The notes under the pieces are model-generated. The model did no database searches, was not told the origin of the DNA, and saw nothing but the letters and a program-made list of their open reading frames with translations. Positions 53,339 to 64,000 of a stretch of DNA of 64,000 nucleotides are shown in pieces; position 1 is the stretch's first letter; every line of letters starts with the position of its first letter. Origin of the DNA: the human T2T-CHM13v2.0 reference genome, Homo sapiens; assembly GCF_009914755.1 (NCBI RefSeq), contig NC_060925.1. One strand, given 5' to 3'. Made by a program: the position numbers and the translations under genes.

Positions 53339-55507
53339 GACACCTCCGTTGTTTCCAAGTTTTGACAATTATGAATAAGGGTGCTATAAACATACATACA
53401 GGTTTTTATGTGGACATAAATTTTCAACTCCTTTGGGCAATCACCAAAGGGTGCAATAGCTGAATCATATAGTAAGAGTATGTTTAGTTTGGTAAGAAAC
53501 TGTCATTCTTCCAAAGTAGCTGCATCATTTTGCATTTCCATAAGGAATAAATGAGAATTCCTGTTGCATTTTGTTGTTGAAACAACACTAGCATTTGATA
53601 CTGTCAGTATTTTGGATTTTAGCCATTGTAATAGGTGTGTAGTGATACCTCATTGTTTTAATTCACAATTATCTGTCATATGATGGTGAGCATCTTTTCA
53701 TATGTTTATTTGCCATCTCTACAACTTTTTTGGTAAGATATCTGTTCAGATACATTGCCTGTGTTTTAGGCTGGGATATCTATTTTCTTATTGCTGAGTT
53801 TTAAAAGTTCTTTGTATATTTTTGTTACCAGTACTTTATAAGGCATGTTTTGCAAATATTTTCTTTAATCTGTGGACTCTCTTTTCATTATCTTGGTGAA
53901 ATATCATTCTTTTGCAGAACATACATTTTTAATTTTAACAAAGTACAAATTACTAATTATTCCTTTCATGAATGACAACTTTGTGGTAATTAAAGAGTTA
54001 CTGACAAAATCAGGGTCATTGACTTTCTCCTATATTATCTTTTAGTTTTATAATTTCACATTTTACATATAAGTCTGTTTCATTGTGAGTTAATGTCTGA
54101 GAAGGGTTTAAAAACTGTGTTAAAATTGTTTTTTTGAATTGGATGTCTAGATGTTCCAGCAATATTTGTTGAAAAGACAATATTTTCTCCATTTTATTGC
54201 CTTTACTTTTTTTTTTTTTGTCAAAGGTCAGTTGACTACTTTTATGTGGGTCTACTTCTGGTCTCTCTATGCTGTTCCATTAATCTATTCATCTGTTGTT
54301 TTGCCAACACCACCACTGTTGATTACTATAGCTTTATAGTAGGTTTTGAAGTTGGATGGTATCATTTCTTCAACTTTGTTTTCTCCGTCAATATTGTTTT
54401 GGCTATTCTCGGTTTTGCTTTTCAATATAAACTTTAGAATGAATTTGTTGATATTGACAAAATATCTTTTGGATTTTGTTTGAGATTGTATTAAATCTAT
54501 AGACTAATTTATGAAAACTGACACCTATTAGTTTTCAGGAATAAAATTGAGTTTTCCTATCAATGAACATGAAAGAGCTCCCCATTTTTTTAGACATTCC
54601 TTGATTTCTTTGATTAGACGTTTGTAGTTTTCCTGATGTAGATCTCTTAAATATTTTGTTAGATTTCTAGCTAAGTATTTTATGTTGGAGTGAGGATGCT
54701 AATGTAAATAATATTGTATTTTTAATATCAAATTTCAAATGTTCATTGCTGGTATATATGAAGGTAAATGACATACTTATATGTTAATCTTGCCTGCATA
54801 CTTCCTATAATCCTTTATTAGTTCCAGTAGCCTTTTTGTTGATTTGGGAGGATTTTCTACATAGACATTCATGTCATGTCAAACAAAGGCAATATTATTC
54901 CTACTAGTTCTGTATAATTTTATTTCCTTTCATTTCTTAGTGCATTAGTTAGGGCTTCCAATATTATGTTGAATAGAAATGGTGAAAGGGGTTATGCTTG
55001 GCCTGTTCTTGATTTTGGTTGAAAGCATTTAGTTTCTCACCATTTCATATAATGTTAACTATAGTTTATTTGTAATGTTCTTAATCAAGTCAAGAAAGTT
55101 TCCCTCTATTGCTAGTTTTCTGAGAGTTTTTATTAAGAATGGGTGTTGGGTTTTATTGAATGCTTTTTCTCCATTTTTTTTGATATAACCATATATCTTT
55201 TTTTTTTTAAGTCTGTTGGTGTGACGGAATACAATAATTAGTTTTCAAATGTTGAACCAGCCTTGCATGCCTGGCATATATCCTTTTTGGGCGTGATATA
55301 TAATTCTTTTGATGCATTTTTATATTTAATTTGTTAATATTTTATTGAGGATTTTCTTGCACCTGTGTTCATGAGAAATATCGGTCTTTTTGTAACATTT
55401 TTGTCTGATTTTGGTATTGGGTTATGCTGACCTCAAAGAGTGAATTAGGAGTATTCCCCCTGCTTCCATCTTCTAGAAATTATTCTAAAGAATTGGTACA
55501 AACTTTC

Positions 55508-55759
55508 TTCTTTTTTTTTTAATGGATTTTGCTCTTGTTATTTCTACCTTCTGGGTTCAAGTGATTCTGCTGCCTCAGCCTCTGGAGTAGCTGGGATTAC
55601 AGGTGCCCACCACCACTCCCAGCTAATTTTTGTATTTTTAATAGAAACAGGGTTTTGCCATGTTGGCCAGGCTGGTCTCAAACTCCTGACCTCAGGTGGT
55701 CCGCCTGCCTCGTCCTCCCAAAGTGCTGGGATTAGAGGTGTGAACCACCACGCTAGGCC
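55508..55759 (-). mobile_element. AluS with a deletion in the right arm
   Basis: Antisense Alu lacking the ccaggctggagtgca...gctcactgcaa segment. Confidence 0.9.
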
Positions 55760-55829
55760 CTTCTTCATTAAATTTTTGATAGAATTTACCAACAATCCCA
55801 TCTGGGCTCTTTTTCATTTATTTCTCACC

Positions 55830-56820
55830 TGTCTTCTAGTAGTGTCACATACCCATAGTACAGTTCTCAAAGCCAGGAGATTAACACTGATGCAATACCA
55901 TTAACTAAATGGTAAACTTTATTTGCCCTTCAATGCACTTCTCTCCTCTAGAATCCTATCCACAATCCAATATTTAACTTGTGTATTTTTCTTTATAGTC
56001 ACCTGTAGTTTACAACAGCTCCTCGGGCTTTCCTTATCTTTCAGTATCTCGATAGTTTGAAGAATGCTAATAAGTTTTTTTTTTTTCAAATTTCTCAATT
56101 TGGATTTGTCTTATGTTTTCACATGATTAAACTGTGGTAATGCTTTTTCTGAACAGAATACCACAGGTATAATGCTGTGTCAATCTTAGTGCATTATATC
56201 ATAATGTTCATGATGATGATATATTACTAATAGTGTTGTTATTATTGACACTTAGTTAAGGTGTCTTCTGTGAGCTTCCTCTATTGTAACACTACTATCA
56301 CTTTTTAGTTAATAGATATTTTGGAGGACATACTTTGAGATGATGAAATCTAATTTCTCCTCAAATTTTCACCAGCTACCATTTGCATCCATCAATGGAT
56401 CTTGTCTTCAAAAATCGTTGCTGTGGTATTTGCTTAATGATGATTTCTATTTCCCTCTTTCTTTCCTCATTTATTATTTGAGACTGTATTGTAAAGAAAA
56501 GCTATTTCATCTCTCTTAGTTGACTACTTATTTATGTCAGTATCGACTTATGAATATTTCTCTTATTCTATGGGCTAAAATCCAGCATTTTAATTATGTA
56601 CTTTGATGCTCAAATATTCCAGCTTTGATCATTAAGAGCACCTTCAGTTTGGCCCCTGTGTTGTTTGACAAGCCCTCATCTTTCTTTGAGCACTTTTTTA
56701 CTTTCTGGAACCAGGATATTCATATTTTCTCTGCTCCACTCCTGCAATTAATCACCTCTCCAAAAAGCCCACAGTTAATTTATTGGCAAATGATTTTTAG
56801 AAACCAAAATTCAGGTGGTA
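55830..56820 (-). mobile_element. Old L1MC/MD 3'UTR fragment
   Basis: aaagccaggagattaacactgatgcaatacc; aatttggatttgtcttatgttttcacatgatt; ttagaaaccaaaattcagg. Confidence 0.65.
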
Positions 56821-57034
56821 GGTATGTTTTTAAAGCTATTTTGAATTTTAAAATTGGTATCATATTTTTAAGAGAAGGAATCATCCTCAGCGAAAGAGGA
56901 TAAATCCCTCTGAGGGGTATACCAGAACTAAAACACAGGAAGATTCGGATTATACTTACACATTAAGATGTGTGTTCATTGAGTGCGATTATCTGCATTA
57001 CTTTATTTATTTATTTATTTATTGTTGTTTTTAT

Positions 57035-57370
57035 TTTTTTATTTCAATAGTTTTAGAGTACAAGTGGTTTTTGGTTACCTGGATGAATTCTATAGCGATA
57101 AAGTCTGCAATTTTAGTGCACCTGTCATTCGTGTGGGATGTACATTGTACCAAATATGTAGCTTTTTATCCCTCTTCTCCCTTCCTCCCTTCCCCCTTTT
57201 GAGTCTCCAATGTCCATTATACCACTCTGTCTGCCTTTGTGTACCCATGGCTTAGCTCCCACTTGTAAGTGGGAGCATACAGTATTTGGTTTTCCATTTC
57301 TGAGTTACTTCACTTGGCATAATAGCCTCTAGTTTCATCCAAGATTCTGTGAAAGACATTATTTTGTTAT
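57035..57370 (-). mobile_element. L1PB 3' end fragment
   Basis: tttcaatagttttagagtacaagtggtttttggttacctggatgaattctatagc...gcttagctcccacttgtaagtg. Confidence 0.85.
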
Positions 57371-58048
57371 TTCTATTTTGGTATTATCGTAAATGAGAAC
57401 ATTTTTAGTTTCTGGATTAGCATATGTGGATGAACTTTGTCTAAAGTAAAGCTTGCATGATACAAGTACACTATTGTAAAGAATCACAGATCAGAGAAAG
57501 CTTTTCTCATCCTGGGAGAATCAGGACAGGTGATTCTTGTTTATTGACATTTTTGCAATTGAGAAAAACCAAGTGAGACAAATAAATGAACAAATACACT
57601 GAGCAAATAAAAAGAGAGTGGCTTTTATTTAAAAGTCCATGTATCCATGGGTAGTATGGGCCTCAGGGACAAATGGAACTAGGAGTATGAATACTCCCAG
57701 AACTTTTTCTGTATCTAACATCATGGCTTTCTGTGTTGTTGAATGCAGTTCTCAAATTCCTTCATTTTGGGAACGCAGCTTCTGGTAGGCCCCATACCTT
57801 ACATAGCATAGCTTAATCATCAAATAGGGCCTGAATATCTTTATTCAGTGAAGTCGACAAAATTATGAAGATGGACTGCTTGACATGGTTGGACTACATG
57901 TCTACCCTTTGACAAATCCACAGTGATCAGGCAATGTTATTCTATAATTAGCATCCCTCACTAGAGTTGGTTAAAGTTCCACAAAAGACAGAAGTTGGTC
58001 TTAGAGAGGGAAAACTCCGTGTAAAAACTAAAGATAGTCTAACCTTAG

Positions 58049-60113
<2,065 letters not shown>

Positions 60114-60144
60114 GAGAAGAATCCATTATTTTATGCTTAGAAAA

Positions 60145-60180
60145 GTGTGTGTGTGTGTGTCTGTGTGTGTGTGTGTGTGG
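60145..60180. repeat. (TG)n microsatellite
   Basis: Visible directly, with one TC interruption. Confidence 0.92.
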
Positions 60181-63148
60181 TGTTAGGAAATATTCTGTGC
60201 AAATAAAGTTGGAACCTGAAAGTCAAGTGGACACAAGAGAGCATCAACATGAGAGAAAACTGTAGGGGAACATAAATGGTGAACATTACGTTAGGTCATG
60301 TGTGTATACCATGAATACGAAGTATTTCACAGGTAATGGGATCATAAAGGGTCTTATATTAAGCTCTCAGAACTTTACCTGCAAACTTTATCCTGGAGTT
60401 GTCAAGAGGCAGTTATATATTTATGTTTTGTTTAACTAGGACGGAGACATTATTTTGCATTTTGCAAATCAATCACTTTGGTGGTGGTTATTGGATGGGT
60501 TAGAGGCACAAAGTCCGGCTTAGGTGAGGAATGATGTGAGAGTTTCATCTAGGGTAACGAACAAGGAAAAATAAAGTAAAATCAACAAATCTTTCTAACT
60601 GATATGATTTGAGATAAAATGCTGAGTCAAATAGGACATCTGATTTTGATTTGGCCAAATGCATAAGTGATTACATTATTCACAAATAGTGGGACCATCC
60701 ATTGGTTTACCTAGGACGGTCCAAATTCATATGCACTGCCCCAGTATATATGTTTATGTGCATTGACCTTTTTCACTCTTATGTGTGTCTTGTTCTGGTC
60801 ATTAAATTATTTATAGAGACCAAAAGCACAGAAGGTGAACTGGATTTTAGAGAGAAAATACTAAATTATTTTAGGATATATTGAGTTTAAAGTATTTATG
60901 CAACAATCAATTACAAATAACTATACTAATCTGATTAAATATTTCAAAATTCTGTAACTCATTTACCTATGTTGACTAGATTAGTTGATTAGCATTCTGA
61001 ATGAGGAATTTGGTCTTGAAGTGAAATTGTTTGATTTGCTTTATTCCTTCACTACTGACCGCATCCTTAACCCTAACCAACTCTCTTGTAAATATACACA
61101 CTCACAAGGGGTCTTGGGTTAAAATACATGATCAGCACCATTCTATTACAATTCTTGGAGTGAAATCTAACAAACTAAAGTCCTAATAGTGGTGGTCAAT
61201 GGTTGCTTTTGTATGTGAACATAAATTTTATATACAGTGAGCATTTTTTCTAAACCAAAACTTTAGATATTTGGTTCAATAAAAAATGTTCTGTGATGTT
61301 TCTCTCTACAAAAGGCAGAAAATGAATTAGATTATAGCTATTAAAATACTCCAGTTTATGGAATTTTAATGATTTTTATAAATCAACAGTCAAAATATTT
61401 GAAAAATATATTTTTCTAAAAAGTGCCAGAAGTATAGTCACCATAAGATTTGAGGATAATTTAATAAGTATTCTTTTCTAATTATATTAATTAATACCTG
61501 TGATGTAAATGATACTCAAACTCTCACTTCAATTTTCCTTTTTCACATTTCACACTGAATATCTTCCACAAAATATAAAATGTAGCACATTAATTTTTTA
61601 AAAAGATATCTTTTTTCATGAATTGAAATAAAAATATTTTCTTTAGTCAAATTTCCTCTTATTTTATGTATATATATTCCTTAGGGGCACAATAACACAT
61701 TAAATCAGAATATCGTGAAAAAATATTATTCCTTTTTCAAATCCATTGTTCAACTTTGGGATATACGTATTAGCAGCAACTATTTACTTCTCAATTTTAT
61801 AAATGTTTCTGCTATTTTCCAACACAATAGTTGCCCAAAAGTAGAACTTTGATACAGTTTGATAAACCATGAAATAATTTTAAAAACACAAATACTTAAA
61901 CGTCATTTCTAATTTTTGTAATGTCCCAAATCACTCTCTTTAAAATCTGGGTGATTATTCCAATAAAAAAATAGACACTCTGAAAAATGATATTTAGTGT
62001 TCATTGACACCTCTAAATTATTGTTAATCAAATAGTGAACAGACATGGGATAAAGTGAGTTTTAGTGGTGTATTACGAAAATAATAGCTTAAGCATTTTT
62101 AGTTTTATAAAGAATAATAGTGAGGTTTTACATTATCATTGATGGTGGAGAGCTTACATATGGGAGTGTAAGGTTAAAACATTTTCCAGTTCAAGAATCC
62201 ATGAAGAGAGAATATAATAATTTATTTTCTTAAAGGAATGAATTTACAAACTGATTCCATTGAGGATCTAATAACAAAGCTGGTAGGTAGATGGTAGATT
62301 GTTATATACAGCTAAACACATGTATTTAAAAAAAAAATCAGTGAGGGAGAATGAGAGAGAAGGTGTAAGAAGGCAGAGTGAGTTGATCCAAAGAAAGAGG
62401 TGTAGTGAACATTATGAGAAAAGCCATGACAATAAGGACAGGAAGAACTCAAAGACCCAGTGGGACAGATTTGGGTCTGGAGAAGAGTGGGAAAAACACA
62501 GAAATTGTTGCTAAAGTGAGATTCCACAAAGTAAAGTAGGGGAAGAACCTGAGAATGAGTGGTCACATTTTTAATGTGGGCATTATTCTAGCTAGGATGA
62601 TGAAATAAAATACCTGAAGCCAAATAGAGTCCTCCAAAGGTTTATATGGTTTGAAACTACACTTTCTTTAGCAACTGTTAGTTTAGTCTCTGTTTAGATG
62701 ACTATTACAAGAAAGACACATGCGTAGCACATGCGGAGCTGTTCTACTCCCTATTCTATGGCAAACATAAATAATACATTAGGACCCTTTTCCACCTAAA
62801 GCCTGAACATGGTCTCACAACTCTCCTCGTTACAGTGCTTCAGAAAGCACTTGCCAACTAAAGTTGGCACATGACCAAAAATCTAGTTTCCTTGTCTATG
62901 TTTAATCTGTAACGTTGTACTAATCAGAGTGACATAAAATCATCAAATAATATGAGTAGAAAAGACATCAAATGACATTGGGTTCAATTCTCAATCACAG
63001 TAGGTGAATCTTTGCATTATAATCTTCCTAAATTTTGACCTACAACGTGATTGAAAATAGAACCACTGGGAGAGCTTTTTAAAAGCAAGGCAAATTGTTA
63101 GGTTTAACATTTGGACATTTTGTTGCTCAACCCACTTCCTAAGATGAG

Positions 63149-63345
63149 GATTATGGGCTGAATTGTCCTCCCCCACAAAAAAAAAAGTCGTATATTAAAA
63201 CCCTAACCCACATTACCTTAGAGTGTGACTGTATTTAGAGATAGGGCTTTAAAGAGGTAAGGATGTTAAAACAGGCTCATTAGGGTCAACCTTAATTCAA
63301 TATGACTGGTGTTCTAATAAGAAGAGATAAGGACAGAGGCAAGGA
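63149..63345 (+). mobile_element. MLT1A/B LTR 5' half
   Basis: ttatgggctgaattgtcctcccc...gtgactgtatttagagatagggctttaaagaggtaa...aatatgactggtgttctaataagaag. Confidence 0.8.
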
Positions 63346-63649
63346 ATAACACAAACCACGAACAGGAAAACCTGCATCTTCTGGTTTGTTTTAAAATACG
63401 AAGGATAACCTGACACCCAGTGCAACGCAGAGACATATTTTAGACACACATAAACACAATTTTTAGATTCTACCTATCTTATAACAGCAATCCATGTCAC
63501 TCGGATAGTAACATTTTGGCTTTTGAGTCATCTATTATGCTTGCTTTCTTGCTAAAGACGTGCTCAGCTTTCAAAACTCAGATCAGCTATTACCTTGTTT
63601 TAAAGCATTTTCCAACTCTCCTTGTAATGACTACATATTTCTGTGTAAA

Positions 63650-63830
63650 GCTCTGTATGTATTGTTTCACATTTGATATCCTTTTGTCTTTATTTGTTTG
63701 CATGACTGCATTTTTTTTTTTTACTAGACCATAAGCTTCTTGAGTACAAGAACTTACTCATCTTTATATCTTCAGTATTTACCACTGTTTTTGGCAAATA
63801 GTATTCAGTAAATATGAATTGAATTAAAGA
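63650..63830 (+). mobile_element. L2 3' end
   Basis: ctagaccataagcttcttgagtacaagaac...ttggcaaatagtattcagtaaatatgaattgaat. Confidence 0.7.
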
Positions 63831-64000
63831 ATAAACCTATTTGAAATATGTTATCTAAATCTAATAGTTTTATGAATGTTTTTTGCAGGGTTCAGACAAC
63901 TGAAGAAGGTGTGTGCTTGCAACCTAAAAATTTATTAATTTCACCTAAATGTTAATAGGTGAAGCTGAGCTATTAGAAGTCATACTATATAGTATAATAC

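Larger units (their letters stand above)
52085..55810 (-). mobile_element. L1MC1/2-like 3'UTR and ORF2 remnant, interrupted by LTRs and an Alu
   Basis: acccctgcccacacacatgcatagcctc...atttgttacaatgatgaacccacattgacac (L1MC 3' end); antisense ORF2 continues on both sides of the insertions. Confidence 0.8.

Overview
Primate (most likely human) AT-rich, gene-poor DNA made up mostly of interspersed repeats: L1, Alu, L2/MIR, MaLR/ERVL/ERV1 LTRs and MER DNA transposons. I see no intact protein-coding gene, tRNA or rRNA, and almost all ORFs in the supplied track are repeat-derived or chance ORFs. The only gene-derived sequence is a GC/CpG-rich processed pseudogene of THAP3 at about 17389-18450 (probably THAP3P1; name recalled, not verified). 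It has a poly(A) signal, a poly(A) tail and a target-site duplication (TSD). It appears to be a copy of an exon-skipped, frameshifted mRNA lacking most of the THAP zinc finger. It keeps a YY1 motif and the HCF-1-binding DHSY motif, and it lies between a strong splice acceptor and donor flanked by inverted Alus. Other notable structures are an internally deleted but TSD-flanked L1MA inside a MER2, a two-LTR ERVL (LTR16) provirus remnant, a triple-nested L1/MaLR/THE1 stack and a deletion scar joining three truncated repeats. I cannot support a claim of a new biological system here; the best candidates are hypotheses around the THAP3 retrocopy. Repeat subfamilies were called by eye from remembered consensus sequences, and boundaries are approximate.
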